This document shows positions 41,830 to 52,460 of a stretch of 64,000 nucleotides of DNA, in pieces. Origin of the DNA: an uncultured delta proteobacterium (GTDB taxonomy: Bacteria > Myxococcota > UBA727 > VGSZ01); the NCBI GenBank assembly GCA_963775425.1, contig CAVZJB010000008.1, forward strand, positions 266,749 through 330,748, read 5' to 3'. Made by a program: the position numbers and the translations under genes. Within the stretch, counting starts at the first letter, position 1. The number at the start of each line of letters is the position of its first letter. The notes under the pieces were generated by a model, which saw only the letters and a list, made by a program, of their open reading frames with translations, made no database searches and was not told where the DNA came from.

Positions 41830-44800
41830 CTATGGGATCAGCAACCGGACGGCGTTCGAGCCGTCGCCGGTCCAATAGATGTCGCCGTTGCCGTCGAGGG
41901 CGACGCCCTCCGGCGCGTTCAACAGGCCCGTGCCCGGCGCCGTGAGCGAGCTGAAGCCCGCGGTGTTGAGCGTGCCGACCAGCGTGCGCACCGTCCCGCT
42001 CGTCCCGAGCCCCGCCGCGCCCTGGCCGGCGACGACCGCGGCCACGCCGGGCAGCGCGCGCAGCCGGTGGTTCGACACCTCGGTGAAGAACAGCGTGTCG
42101 GCGACGGCGTCGTACGCGAGCCCGCCGATGTTGTTCACCGTCATGCCGTTGCCGTTGACGCCGTCGCCGGTGGAGCCGTTGTTGGCGCCCGCGATGTAGG
42201 TGAGCGTGCCGTCGGTCTCCAGGCGCAGGAGCGCCGAGGTGTTGAGCGCGTTGTTCGGCACCGGGCAGGCGCCGCCGTTCGAGATATTCGCCGAGAAGTA
42301 CATGCGGTCCTGCGCGTCCCACGCGAGCCCCGTGTTGGAGATGGAGCTGACCACCAGGCCCGACGCCGCCGTGCAGTTTTGACTGCCGAGCACCGCGCTG
42401 GTGGTGTTGAACGGCGACACGGGATCGATGCGGCGGATGTCGTTGAAGCCGTTGTCGACGACGTAGAGGAAGCCGTCCGGGCCGATGCTGAGCTCGCGGA
42501 TGTCGTTCAAGCTCACGCCCGAGCCCGCGCCGCCGTCGCCGTGTCCGGGGGTGTCCGCGGCGCCGCCGGCGATGGTGGTGATGATGCCGTCGCTGATGTT
42601 GACCCGGCGGACGCGGTCGCGGTCGACGGAGCCGCCGGCGTCCGCGATGTAGACGTTGCCGGCGGCGTCGAGCGCGATGCCCCGCGGCGACTCCAGTTGC
42701 GCCTGCGTCGCCAGCACGTTGTCGAGGAAGCCTGAGGTGCCCGTGCCCGCGAACACCGAGAGGTGTCCCTCCGGGCTGATGGACACCACGCGGTGGTTGC
42801 TGCTGTCCGACACGAACAGCGTGCCGTCCGCCGCGAGCGCCACGCCCGAGACGCTCAAGCTCAGGCGCGCTTGCGTGGCCGCGATCTCGCCAAAGCCGCT
42901 GAGCGGCGGCACCGCCCCCGCGGTGCCCTGGCTGTTGGCGATGGCGACGGTGCTGCCCGAGGGCGGGCGCTGCGCCGTCAACGTAAACAGCGGGGGCTGT
43001 CCGGTGCCGTCGATGATGTCGACGGGATCAAGCCACGTGCGCGCGAGCGCCTGGAACCGGTGCGGCGTGGTCACGCTGCGGCCGAGGCGCACCGTGCTGC
43101 TGGCCTCGCCGGCGAGCGTGGTGGCCAGGACGCCTTGTGTGACGCTGTCGCCGAGGTCGAGCGCCGTGAAGAACACGGGCAGCCCCACCACCGGCGTGGA
43201 GCCGCCGTCGATGACGCGCACGCGCAGCGGCAGCGCGGCGAGCTGACCCATGGTGGCGATCTGCGCATCTCCGTCGACGATGGCGATGGTGGCCGTGGCG
43301 GGCGTCTGCTGACCGATGCCGCGGATCATGCGCACGCGCTCGTTGCCGCCGTCGACGACGTAGAGGTTGTCGTCGGCGTCGAACGCGAGGCCGGTGGGGG
43401 CGTTCACGCGGGTCGCGGTGCTGTTGACGTTGTCGGCGGTGAAGCCGGCGACGCCGTCGCCCGCGACGGTGGTCATCACGCCGAGGACGTCCACCTTGCG
43501 GATGCGGTGCCCCGTGCCTTCGGCGAAGTACAGGTTGCCGGCGGCGTCCACGGCGATGCCGCCGACGCGGTGCACGCGGATGCCCAGGGCCGCGCCGGAG
43601 GCCGCCTCGGTGTTGCCGCCCGCGAGCGCGGTCTGCGTGACCCCGTCGCTCTCGAGCCGGAACACGTAGTCCGCGTTGGGGTCGGGCACCGGGCAGCCGC
43701 CGGCGTTGCCGATGCTGCCGCTGTAATAGAGGCGGCCCTCCTTGTCGAAGGCGAGCGACGCCTGCGGAAACGACGTGGCCGCCACGCCCGTCACCGACGA
43801 GCAGGCCTGGCCGACCACCACGCTGTCGATGACGCCGGGCAAAGCCGGCGTGGTGACCTGTACGCGGCGGATGCGCTGGTGCGCTTCGTCGACGATGAAC
43901 ACGTTGCCGGTGATCCCCGGGACGTCGCTGCCGTCGGCCGCGGTGGGGCCGACCGCGACGCTGGATGGTGCGTCGAGGTTCGCGCCGGTGGCGACCACGC
44001 CGTCGGCGGGCTGCGGGTTGTTGAGCGCGCTCCCCGCGAAGACAGTGAGGTTGCCGTCGCTCGTCAGCACACGCACGACGTCGTTGTTGGTGTCCGCGAT
44101 GTAGAGGTTCTTGTCCGCGTCGAGCGCGAGGCCGTGCGGGCCGTTGAGCGCGACGGAGAGCGCGGGCCCGTTGCCGCCGTTGCCGGCCGCGCCGGTGCCG
44201 GCGACGGCGAGCACGGCCCCGTTCGGGTCCACGCGCAGCACGCGGTTGTTGGAGGCGTCGCTGTAGAACACCGTGCCGTCGTCGGGGTCGACGGCGATGC
44301 CGTCGAACGAGGTGGTGAGGTTGGCGAGGGAGCGGGCCGCCGACGAGCTCAGCGTGCTGCCGGGGACGCCGGTCTGGTTCACGATGCTCGCGATGATGCC
44401 GGTGGCGATGTCCGTGGCCGTCTCGGTGAGCACGATGGGGGTGCCGAGCGGCAGGCCGTCGAGCCCGGTGGACGTGAGGGTGAACGTCGCCGCGCCCGGC
44501 GTCCGCGGCAGGAAGGCCACGAAGGAAAAGACGCCGTTGCCGTCGGTGAACCCCGACGACGGCTCCGCCGCCGCCCCGGCCGGCGTCGTCACCTGTACGA
44601 AGACGCCGGAGATGGGCGTGCCGTCGGTGTCCTTCACCGTGACGCCGAGCGGCGAGGCGAGCGCCTGGTTGATGGTCGCCGACTGGCCGCCGCCGAAGGG
44701 CGTGGCGACCACCACGGGCGGCGTGGTCTCCGCCACGGCGCGCACGACGCGCACGTCGTCGAGGCCGGCGTCGGTGATGATGAGGTCGCCCGCCGGCGAG

Positions 44801-47800
44801 AACGCAAGGAAGGACGGCACCGCGAACAGCGCGCCCGACGCGGGGCCGCCGTCGCCGGTGGTGGTCGACGTCGCCACCGTGCCCGCCGTGCCCGCCAACG
44901 TCGAGATCACGCCGGTGGCCGACACCTTGCGCACGCGCTCCGACGTGCCGCGCTCGGCGACGTACGCGTTGCCCGCCGGGTCCATGGCCAGGCCGGAGGG
45001 CGTGTCGAGGCGCGCGCCGCGCGCGGCGCCCGTGGTGACGATGGTGCTCCCGCCGGCGAGCGCCGTAAGCGTGCCGTCCGCCTCCAGGCGAAACAGGACG
45101 TCCGCGGAGCTCGGCAGCGCGCAGCCGCCGCCGTTGAGGATCTGTCCGAGGAACACGAGCCGATCCTGCGGATCGAGCGTGAGCTCGGTGTCGGCGAGCC
45201 CGCCCGCGCGGAGGTTGCCGGTGGTGCACAGCGCGACGGTGATCGCCGTGCTGATGAAGCCGCCGGTGTTGATCTTCTTGATGGCGTCCGGGGACCCGTT
45301 GTCGAGGACGAACGCGTCACCGGTCTGCGCGAACACCAGCGACGTGGGGCCCGAGAGCTGCGCGGTGGTGGCGAGGACGTTTTCGTTTGTCGACGTGCCG
45401 CCGCCGGCGAACGTGGTGACGAGGCCGGTCTGCGCATCGAGCTCGCGCACGCGGTTGTTGTTGGTGTCCGCGATGTAGAGGTTCTCGTTCGCGTCGAGCG
45501 CCAGCCCGTGGGGGCGGCTGAAGCGCGCTTGTGGGCCGGCGACGTTGTCGACGAACGCCGCCTGTCCCGCGTCGCTGCCGGCGGCGAGGAAGAGCTCTCC
45601 GTCGGGCGCGATGCGCACGACGCGGTTGTTCGCGGAGTCGGCGACGAAGATGGACCCGTCCGACGGGCGAACCACGACGCCGGAGGCCCCCTCCAGGCTC
45701 AGGGACGCCTTGGACGCGGCGCTCGGCGCGGCGTTGCCCTGGCCGTCGAGGAGCTGCGTGCGGCCCTGCTGCGCGGGGGCGTTCGCCAGCGTGCCGGCGA
45801 AGCCCGTGGGGAGATCCGTCGCCGTGGCCGCGATGCTCAAGGGCGCGCCGGCGAGCAGCGCTCCGTCGGGCCCGGTGCCGGTGACGGTGAACGTCTGCGC
45901 GCCGAGCGCGCGCGACACCGTGCCGAGCGAAGACGCGTTGCCGTTGGCGTCGGTGAGCACCACCGCCGGTGACACGACGCCGCCAGGCGGCGCCGTGAGC
46001 ACGATCTGCAGACCGACGAGCGGCGCGCCCGCCGTGTCCTGCGCGTGGACCACGAACGCCTGCGCGAGGTCCGCCGAGAAGCGCGCCGACTGACCGCCGC
46101 CCGCGCCGAGCGAGAGCGAAAACGGCGCCTCGCACTGCCCGCCGCAGTCCTTGGGACACGTGGTGCACGCCTCGCCGGAGTCGCACGTGCCGTTGCCGCA
46201 CGTGGCGACGCAGTCGGCCGGGCACGACGACGAGTCCTCGAGCGGGTCGCAGCGGTTGTTGCCGCAGGTGGAGCACAGGTCGCTCGACAGACGGCACGTC
46301 AACGGGTCGCACGAGATCTGCCCGGCGTTGAAGCCGAGGTCGCCGCAGGTGGCGCCGGCGAAGTTGTTGCCGTCGCACTCCTCGTCGCCTTCGATGATGC
46401 CGTTGCCGCAGATGGAGCAACTGTTGGCGTTCACCTGGCACTGCGAGTTGCACGCGAGGGTGCCGACGGAGCCGGCGACGAAGTCGGCGCAGGTGGCGCC
46501 GCCGAAGTTGGTGCCGTCGCACTCCTCGAAGTCGGCGGTGTCGATGATGCCGTCGCCGCAGTTGCTGCACTGCGTGGTGCGCGCGTGGCAGTTGGAGTCG
46601 CACGTGAGCGTGCCGCCGAAGAACCCGAAGCTGGTGCACGACAGGCCCGAGGCGAAGACGCCGCCGACGTCGCAGTCCTCGCCGGCGTCGAGGACGCCGT
46701 TGCCGCACTGGCCCGCGACCGTGAAGGGCGCGGCGCCGCCGGCGCCGTCGGGCACGGACACCGTGAGCTCCTGCGCCTGCCCGCCCGTGTCCGTGAACGC
46801 GTAGACGAGCGCGACGCGCCAGACGCCCTGCGGGAGGCGGCCGCCGCTGTCGACGCGCACCAGGCTGTCGGTGGCGATGCTCGGAGCGATCTCGACGGTC
46901 AGCTCGTCGTCGTCGCGCACGAAGCGGGCGGTGGTGATGCGCGCGTGGTTGAGGCTCGAGCCCTGCAAGAGCACGGTGAAATTGGCTCCGTCGACGGGCG
47001 GCGACAGCGCCTGCTGCGACAGGAGCGTGGGCGCGATGGCGGCGAACGTCGGCGACAGCGCCGTGCCCGTGGAGAAGTCCGCCGTGATGAAGAAGTCGCC
47101 GCGCTCGGGGAGCGCGTCGTCGACGCGCACGTTCAGCGCCGTGGCCGACGCCGACACCAGCGTCGCGGCGTACTCCGCGCCCGCGCCGTCGTTCAGGTGC
47201 ACGTGCCCGCCGTCGATGGCCACGAGGTTCTGGCCGGCCACCGTGACGACGTCACCGGGCACGAGCGCGCCCACCACGTCCGGCGACACGCTGGTGAACA
47301 CAGGCGCGAGCGCGTCCTCGTAGACGAGCGCCGAGGCGTCGGTCTGCCCGTCGGGGTTGGCCACCCGCAGGATGGCCGCGCCCGGCGCGCGCAGCGGCGG
47401 CACGAAGGTGAAGGACGTGCCCGTGAGGTTGGTGATGGGCAGCGGGTCCGTGTCGAGGAACGCGAGCATGCCGGTCTGAAAGCCCGAGCCCGTCACCGTG
47501 ACGGTGACGTTGAGCGCGTCGACGCGCACGCTGGCCGGGTTGAGCGCCAGGACGCGCGGCGGCGCCGCGGCGGGCGCGAACACGTCGACGGCGAGGGTGC
47601 CGCTCTGCTGCCCGTCGGTGTTGCGCACCGTGATGTCGGCGCTGCCCTCCGCGAGGCCGCCGGGCGCGGTGGCGATGATGCGCGAGTCGTTCACGAACGT
47701 CACGGCCGGCGCCGCCAGGGACGTCGCCCCCTGCGCGAACACGGCGGTGACGCCGGGGCGGAAGCCGGAGCCGTCGAGGAACACGCGGGTGCCGCCCAGC

Positions 47801-50061
47801 GTGGACACTGCCGTCGGCGTGGCGACCACGAGCACCGGCGGCGGGGTGGCGTAGGAGAAGCCCCCGGCGAGGATGGCGGTCTGGCCGTCGGGATTGGTGA
47901 CGACGAGGTCGACCGCGCCGGCGGTGACCTTGGGCGGGGTGCGGCACGTGATGCTCGTGTCGGAGGCGACGGTGACGTCGGAGGCGACGGAGCCGCCGAA
48001 GCGGACGAGCGCGCCGGAGACGAAGCCGGTGCCGCTGAGGGTGACGAGGTCGCCGCCGTCGGTGGAGCCGGTGGCGGGGGCCACGCTCGTGATGGCCGGC
48101 GCCGCGCCGGCCGGCTCGACGTAGACGAACGGGAAGCCCGCGCTCGCGATGGTGGAGCCGTCGGCGGTGACGTTCTCGACGACGAGGGTGGTGAAGCCGG
48201 CGCTGCCCGTGGGCGCGGTGGCCGTGATGAGGTTGGAGGAGACGACGACGACGCCGGTGGCCAGTTGCCCGCCGACGGTCACGCGCGCACCGCCGTTTTG
48301 CGCGGAGAAGAAAGCGCCGCTGATGTTGAGCGCGGTGCCCCCGAGGGTGCTCCCGGTGGGGGGATCGACCTGGTCGATCTCCGGCGCCGGCGCGTCATAG
48401 GTGAACACCGACGGCAGCGTGGCCGCCTCGCCGTTTTGGTTGATGGCGACCACCGTGAGCGGCGCGCCGAGATCGTCGGTGGACCCGGGCGGCGTGACGG
48501 TGTCGATGCGGGCGCCGTCGTCGGAGGTGACGGTCGCACCGGGGTCGGCCACGTGCGAGCCGATGAGCACCGCGGCGGTGTCGAAGTCGATGCCGTGCAG
48601 CGTGAGATCGTTGCCGCCGCGGAAGTCGCCGTGGGTGCGCGACAGCGGGTCGACGTCGTCGAACTCCGGCCCGGAGTTGAGCTGCGCGAGCAGCGCGAAC
48701 GGCAGGCCGGCGTCGACGGAGCCGTCGCCCGGCTCGCGGCCATCGACGCGCGAGAGCACGATGATGGCGCGGCGCGTGTCGGTGCTCGACGTGTTGCGGA
48801 ACTGCGCCGCCTCGGGCGAGGCGCCAGGGTGGGCGCTGACGACGCTCTCGCCGTCCGCGGCGGAGAGGCCGCCGGCGCCGTCGAGCACGAAGAGGCCGAG
48901 CTGGACGTCGGCGGTGAGGCCGTCGAGGACCACGCTCAGGCGGTTTCGCGGCGGGACGGCGACGTTGAACACGAGCCCGGGCGCGACGCCGCCCACGTCG
49001 TCGCCGGCGGTGGCGAACGGCAGCGCGGGGACGTCGACGGTGTCGTTGGGGTCGTCCGAGAGCTGCACGCTGCCGGGCGCGATGGGTTGTCCGCCAAAGA
49101 GCGACGCCGGCGGGAACGGGATGATGGTGCCGCTGAAGCCGACGGCCGCGCCGTCGACGGTGCCGGGGTCGTAGCCGGCGACCGCGGGCTGCGGGTCACC
49201 GTCGGAGCTCGCGATGACGGCGAGCTCGCTGACCGACGTCACGTGCGAGTCCGGCTGCTCGGTGGCGAGCGCCACGCTGCCGCGCACCAGGAACTCGTTG
49301 GTGGGCGCGAAGGTGACGGCGAGCAGCACCTCCTGGAACGGCTGCATGGTGAACGGCTCGAGGCTGCGCGGGGCGCCGCCCTCGGGGGTGCCGGTGGGGT
49401 CGATGCGCGTGATGGAGACCCCCTGGCCGCCGACGACGACGGGCGAGACCGTCTGCGTGAGGCCGGAGACGTTCTCGACGACGATCACCTGCCGCGTGAA
49501 CTGGCCGGGGCGGATGCCCGACGAAAACTGCAGCGTGTCGGGCAAGACCGCGAGCACGCGCTTGGGCGGCGCGGGGTCGAAGCCGGCGACGAGGTCGTCG
49601 ATGTTGCTCGCGCCGTTGCCGTTTTGGTCGAAGACGGCGGCGCCGTCGACGGCCCAATCGGCCTCCTTGAGATCGAAGAACACCGAGCTGCGCGGCTCGA
49701 GCGTGACGTTCCTCTTGGCGAGGCCGACGAGCACCTCGTCGCTGTCGCCCGACAGGCGCCCGAACACGCGCAGGGTGACGTCCGCCTTCTGTGCCTGCTG
49801 CACCGCGAGGACGAAGGCGCCGCTGAGGTGCTGGTGGCTCTCGTCGAAGGTCAGCTCGGTGGGTGCGAGCAGGCCCGGGATCTCCAGCGTGGCGCGCAGC
49901 AGGTCGCGCTGCTTCGGCGCGAGGTTGGCGACGCGCAGCTTCTTCGGCATGGTGATGGCGGCGTTGGCCTCGCCGCAGGAGCACGACGACAGCGCCGCGG
50001 CGGCGCCCAGGGTGGCCACGACGACGAGCCGCGCAGCGACGTTGCGATGGGGGCGGTTCAC
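41830..50061 (-). CDS. Giant (2743 aa) secreted lipoprotein with IPT/TIG, Cys-rich repeat, Ig-like and multiple NHL-repeat beta-propeller regions
   Basis: The GTG at 50059-50061 overlaps the upstream TGA (GTGA). Lipobox AAALSSCSC. Repeated IPT-like units (GGTxLxISGxGF..A.V.FGG...VxVxSxxxIxCxTP). CGNGxxDxGEDCD Cys repeats. Many NHL-like repeats (LxxPxGLALDxxxNLYIADxxNxRVR). The plus-strand ORFs (42763..45972, 46045..51279) are shadows. Confidence 0.85.
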   Translation of the reverse strand: MNRPHRNVAARLVVVATLGAAAALSSCSCGEANAAITMPKKLRVANLAPKQRDLLRATLEIPGLLAPTELTFDESHQHLSGAFVLAVQQAQKADVTLRVFGRLSGDSDEVLVGLAKRNVTLEPRSSVFFDLKEADWAVDGAAVFDQNGNGASNIDDLVAGFDPAPPKRVLAVLPDTLQFSSGIRPGQFTRQVIVVENVSGLTQTVSPVVVGGQGVSITRIDPTGTPEGGAPRSLEPFTMQPFQEVLLAVTFAPTNEFLVRGSVALATEQPDSHVTSVSELAVIASSDGDPQPAVAGYDPGTVDGAAVGFSGTIIPFPPASLFGGQPIAPGSVQLSDDPNDTVDVPALPFATAGDDVGGVAPGLVFNVAVPPRNRLSVVLDGLTADVQLGLFVLDGAGGLSAADGESVVSAHPGASPEAAQFRNTSSTDTRRAIIVLSRVDGREPGDGSVDAGLPFALLAQLNSGPEFDDVDPLSRTHGDFRGGNDLTLHGIDFDTAAVLIGSHVADPGATVTSDDGARIDTVTPPGSTDDLGAPLTVVAINQNGEAATLPSVFTYDAPAPEIDQVDPPTGSTLGGTALNISGAFFSAQNGGARVTVGGQLATGVVVVSSNLITATAPTGSAGFTTLVVENVTADGSTIASAGFPFVYVEPAGAAPAITSVAPATGSTDGGDLVTLSGTGFVSGALVRFGGSVASDVTVASDTSITCRTPPKVTAGAVDLVVTNPDGQTAILAGGFSYATPPPVLVVATPTAVSTLGGTRVFLDGSGFRPGVTAVFAQGATSLAAPAVTFVNDSRIIATAPGGLAEGSADITVRNTDGQQSGTLAVDVFAPAAAPPRVLALNPASVRVDALNVTVTVTGSGFQTGMLAFLDTDPLPITNLTGTSFTFVPPLRAPGAAILRVANPDGQTDASALVYEDALAPVFTSVSPDVVGALVPGDVVTVAGQNLVAIDGGHVHLNDGAGAEYAATLVSASATALNVRVDDALPERGDFFITADFSTGTALSPTFAAIAPTLLSQQALSPPVDGANFTVLLQGSSLNHARITTARFVRDDDELTVEIAPSIATDSLVRVDSGGRLPQGVWRVALVYAFTDTGGQAQELTVSVPDGAGGAAPFTVAGQCGNGVLDAGEDCDVGGVFASGLSCTSFGFFGGTLTCDSNCHARTTQCSNCGDGIIDTADFEECDGTNFGGATCADFVAGSVGTLACNSQCQVNANSCSICGNGIIEGDEECDGNNFAGATCGDLGFNAGQISCDPLTCRLSSDLCSTCGNNRCDPLEDSSSCPADCVATCGNGTCDSGEACTTCPKDCGGQCEAPFSLSLGAGGGQSARFSADLAQAFVVHAQDTAGAPLVGLQIVLTAPPGGVVSPAVVLTDANGNASSLGTVSRALGAQTFTVTGTGPDGALLAGAPLSIAATATDLPTGFAGTLANAPAQQGRTQLLDGQGNAAPSAASKASLSLEGASGVVVRPSDGSIFVADSANNRVVRIAPDGELFLAAGSDAGQAAFVDNVAGPQARFSRPHGLALDANENLYIADTNNNRVRELDAQTGLVTTFAGGGTSTNENVLATTAQLSGPTSLVFAQTGDAFVLDNGSPDAIKKINTGGFISTAITVALCTTGNLRAGGLADTELTLDPQDRLVFLGQILNGGGCALPSSADVLFRLEADGTLTALAGGSTIVTTGAARGARLDTPSGLAMDPAGNAYVAERGTSERVRKVSATGVISTLAGTAGTVATSTTTGDGGPASGALFAVPSFLAFSPAGDLIITDAGLDDVRVVRAVAETTPPVVVATPFGGGQSATINQALASPLGVTVKDTDGTPISGVFVQVTTPAGAAAEPSSGFTDGNGVFSFVAFLPRTPGAATFTLTSTGLDGLPLGTPIVLTETATDIATGIIASIVNQTGVPGSTLSSSAARSLANLTTSFDGIAVDPDDGTVFYSDASNNRVLRVDPNGAVLAVAGTGAAGNGGNGPALSVALNGPHGLALDADKNLYIADTNNDVVRVLTSDGNLTVFAGSALNNPQPADGVVATGANLDAPSSVAVGPTAADGSDVPGITGNVFIVDEAHQRIRRVQVTTPALPGVIDSVVVGQACSSVTGVAATSFPQASLAFDKEGRLYYSGSIGNAGGCPVPDPNADYVFRLESDGVTQTALAGGNTEAASGAALGIRVHRVGGIAVDAAGNLYFAEGTGHRIRKVDVLGVMTTVAGDGVAGFTADNVNSTATRVNAPTGLAFDADDNLYVVDGGNERVRMIRGIGQQTPATATIAIVDGDAQIATMGQLAALPLRVRVIDGGSTPVVGLPVFFTALDLGDSVTQGVLATTLAGEASSTVRLGRSVTTPHRFQALARTWLDPVDIIDGTGQPPLFTLTAQRPPSGSTVAIANSQGTAGAVPPLSGFGEIAATQARLSLSVSGVALAADGTLFVSDSSNHRVVSISPEGHLSVFAGTGTSGFLDNVLATQAQLESPRGIALDAAGNVYIADAGGSVDRDRVRRVNISDGIITTIAGGAADTPGHGDGGAGSGVSLNDIRELSIGPDGFLYVVDNGFNDIRRIDPVSPFNTTSAVLGSQNCTAASGLVVSSISNTGLAWDAQDRMYFSANISNGGACPVPNNALNTSALLRLETDGTLTYIAGANNGSTGDGVNGNGMTVNNIGGLAYDAVADTLFFTEVSNHRLRALPGVAAVVAGQGAAGLGTSGTVRTLVGTLNTAGFSSLTAPGTGLLNAPEGVALDGNGDIYWTGDGSNAVRLLIP

Positions 50062-51017
50062 GGCGCACCTCCGACGATGATCTTGGCGGGCGTGGAGAGA
50101 TACTCGTACGTGCCGACGGCGGCGACCGTGCCGCCGACGACGACGACGCCGGCGAGCGCGCTGCCCCACACGTACCAGCGGGCGTACCAGGGCTGCAGGC
50201 TGGCCTCGTCGACGAGGTCCACCTGCACCACCTGGGTCTCGTCGGCGTTCACCGCCACGTCCTTGCCGAAGGGGACGTACCCCGGCTTGCGCACCTCGAT
50301 GCGGTGCGGGCCGATGGCGAGGTCGTGCACCGGCTTCACCGGCGCCTGGCCGAGCTCCTTGTCGTCGATGACGACGCTGGCGCCGGCGGGCGAGAGGATC
50401 TCCACGCTGCCCGCGAGCGCCGCGGCCTTCTTGCCGAGCACGAGCCGGTCCACCGCGGAGCGCGCGAGGTCGACCATGTCGTCGACGGCGCTCTTCCACG
50501 TGTACGCCACGCGCTGGAGGATCACCGGTGTGTCGGTGGTGTCGACGAGCGTGAGCGAGAACACCGCGGCGCCGCCTTCGGCCATCTCAACGGAGCCGAA
50601 CACCACGCGCTTGGCCTGCGCGAGCTTGCCGATGTCCGCGGTGCACGCGGCCTCGTCGCAGCCGAGCAGCCGCTGGTCGGCCTGGTGCGCGAGCAGTGTC
50701 TTGAGCTCGTTGCGCGAGACGGCGCGCCACCCCGGCCGCGCCCCGATCTCCGTCGTCACCAGCGTGGTCAACGCCCTGGCGATGCCCTCGGTGCCCTTGC
50801 CCGCGCGCAGGTCGAGCACGGCGACGGTGAGCACGTCGTCGGGCAGTTGCACGGCGGGCGCGGGCGCGGCCTGCTGCGGCTGCTGCGGCTGCGGCGGCGC
50901 GGCGGGCGTCGACGGGGCGTCGGCCGGCGTCGCTGCCGCGGGCGCGGCGGCGGGAGGCGTGTCGGGAGCGGGCGGCGTGGCGACCGCGAGGGCCGCGGCG
51001 ATGGCGAGGGCGTGCAT
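50058..51017 (-). CDS. PEGA-domain secreted/membrane protein
   Basis: Signal peptide, Pro/Ala/Gln-rich linker, a PEGA-like domain (LSPAGASVVIDDKELGQAPVKPVHDLAIGPHRIEVRKPGYVPFGKDV) and a C-terminal TM helix. Confidence 0.75.
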   Translation of the reverse strand: MHALAIAAALAVATPPAPDTPPAAAPAAATPADAPSTPAAPPQPQQPQQAAPAPAVQLPDDVLTVAVLDLRAGKGTEGIARALTTLVTTEIGARPGWRAVSRNELKTLLAHQADQRLLGCDEAACTADIGKLAQAKRVVFGSVEMAEGGAAVFSLTLVDTTDTPVILQRVAYTWKSAVDDMVDLARSAVDRLVLGKKAAALAGSVEILSPAGASVVIDDKELGQAPVKPVHDLAIGPHRIEVRKPGYVPFGKDVAVNADETQVVQVDLVDEASLQPWYARWYVWGSALAGVVVVGGTVAAVGTYEYLSTPAKIIVGGAP

Positions 51018-51154
51018 GGCGCGGACTGTGTGCCGAGCCGACGCCGGTCGTCGAGGGGGAACCCGCGCGGGGCTGGCCGCGTGCGGTCGCGGCCAGGCGG
51101 ATCGTTCGACCCGCGGTTTGTTTCGCCTCTCGGTTCCCGTGCGAGAATCTCGAC

Positions 51155-51721
51155 GTGCGCTCCCCGCAGACGCTGAGCGAAGCCGACCGGCGGATTGTCG
51201 CCGCGTGGGCGGCAGACTGCGCGGAGCGGGTGCTCGGCTGGTTCGAGGCGGAAGCTCCAGAGGACTCCCGACCGCGTGATGCCATCGCGCGGACGCGGGC
51301 GTTCGCGCGTGGCGAGCTCGGCGTCGCCGAGGAGATCCGCCGGCGCTTCGTCGGTGGCGGCGCCGCTCGCGACGTGAGCGCTTGCGCGGCGGCGGCGGCT
51401 CGCGCGGCGGGGCAAGCCTCGGCCGTCGCGCATATGGGCGCGCACGCGCTCGGCGCCGCCGCGCAAGCCGCGAAGGCGGCAGGGCTCGGCGCGCCCGATC
51501 GGCCGACGGCCATCAGCGAAGAGATTCGCTGGCAGCTCGATCACATGTCCGGGGCGGCCGCAGCCGCGCTGCGAACGCTGCCGCCGGTCGGTGAGAATTC
51601 GTCCGGCCCCCTCGGGCCAGGGCTCCTCGCCTCCGGTCTCCTCGGCGCGATCATCCGTGAGATTCAGGCGAGCTTGGCGGACCCAGGCCACGTGCTCCCC
51701 GCCGCCTGGCGAACGCTGTGA
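51155..51721 (+). CDS. Hypothetical alpha-helical protein
   Basis: 188 aa of balanced composition. No recognisable motif. Confidence 0.5.
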   Translation: MRSPQTLSEADRRIVAAWAADCAERVLGWFEAEAPEDSRPRDAIARTRAFARGELGVAEEIRRRFVGGGAARDVSACAAAAARAAGQASAVAHMGAHALGAAAQAAKAAGLGAPDRPTAISEEIRWQLDHMSGAAAAALRTLPPVGENSSGPLGPGLLASGLLGAIIREIQASLADPGHVLPAAWRTL

Positions 51722-51794
51722 ATGCTCTGCGGCGTAGGGCGGGGGCATGTCCCCCGCATCGACGCAGCCCACGCCAGCGCGCGCTCGTCGATGG

Positions 51795-52451
51795 TCAGCG
51801 CTTGCGGGCCACGAGCACGCCTTCGCGCAACGGGACGCAGGCGACGTCGAGCTCGGGGTCCGCGGCGACGGCGCGGTTGAACCTGTCGACGGCGTCGCGC
51901 GCCGGGTCACCCTCCTGGTCGATCCACCAGGAGGCCCCGAGCACGTTGTCGGCCATCAACAGGCCGCCCTTTTTGAGCATCGGCTTGGCGATCTTCCAGT
52001 AGGCCTCGTACTCGCTCTTGATCGCGTCGAAGAAGAAGACGTCGACGCTGTTGTCGCCGAACTCGGCGGCGAGCTTGGGCATGACGTCGAGCGCGGCGCC
52101 GAGGCGGACGTCGACCTTGTCGGCCACGCCGGCCTTGTCGAATTGTGCGTGGGCGAAGTCGGCGTGGAGCTCCTTGAGCTCGACGGTCACCACGCGGCCG
52201 CCGTCCTTCAAGCCACGCGCGAGCCAGATGGTGGAGTAGCCGCCCAGGGTGCCGAGCTCGACGACGCGCTTGCCCTCCGTGGTCTTCACCATGAGGCTCA
52301 GCAGGTGGCCGACGTCGCTGCTCACGGCGATGTCGGGCAGGCCCGCCTGCACCGCCTCCGCCATCAGGCCGGCGAGGTGCGCGTCCTGCTTGCCAAAGAC
52401 CTCGCGCAGGTAGTTGCGGGTGTACTCGAAGCGCTCGCGGGTGAATTCCAT
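51795..52451 (-). CDS. Class I SAM-dependent O-methyltransferase (caffeoyl-CoA OMT-like, family 3)
   Basis: VVELGTLGGYSTIWLA is SAM motif I, and ...DVFFFDAIKSEY... follows it. Confidence 0.8.
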   Translation of the reverse strand: MEFTRERFEYTRNYLREVFGKQDAHLAGLMAEAVQAGLPDIAVSSDVGHLLSLMVKTTEGKRVVELGTLGGYSTIWLARGLKDGGRVVTVELKELHADFAHAQFDKAGVADKVDVRLGAALDVMPKLAAEFGDNSVDVFFFDAIKSEYEAYWKIAKPMLKKGGLLMADNVLGASWWIDQEGDPARDAVDRFNRAVAADPELDVACVPLREGVLVARKR

Positions 52452-52460
52452 GCGCGCGGA

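Noticed and set aside
42763-51279. Long plus-strand ORFs (1069 aa and 1744 aa) across the giant gene
   Set aside because: Antisense shadows. The minus frame encodes NHL/TIG/Cys repeats with a lipobox, and the plus translations are R/G/A/D-rich.
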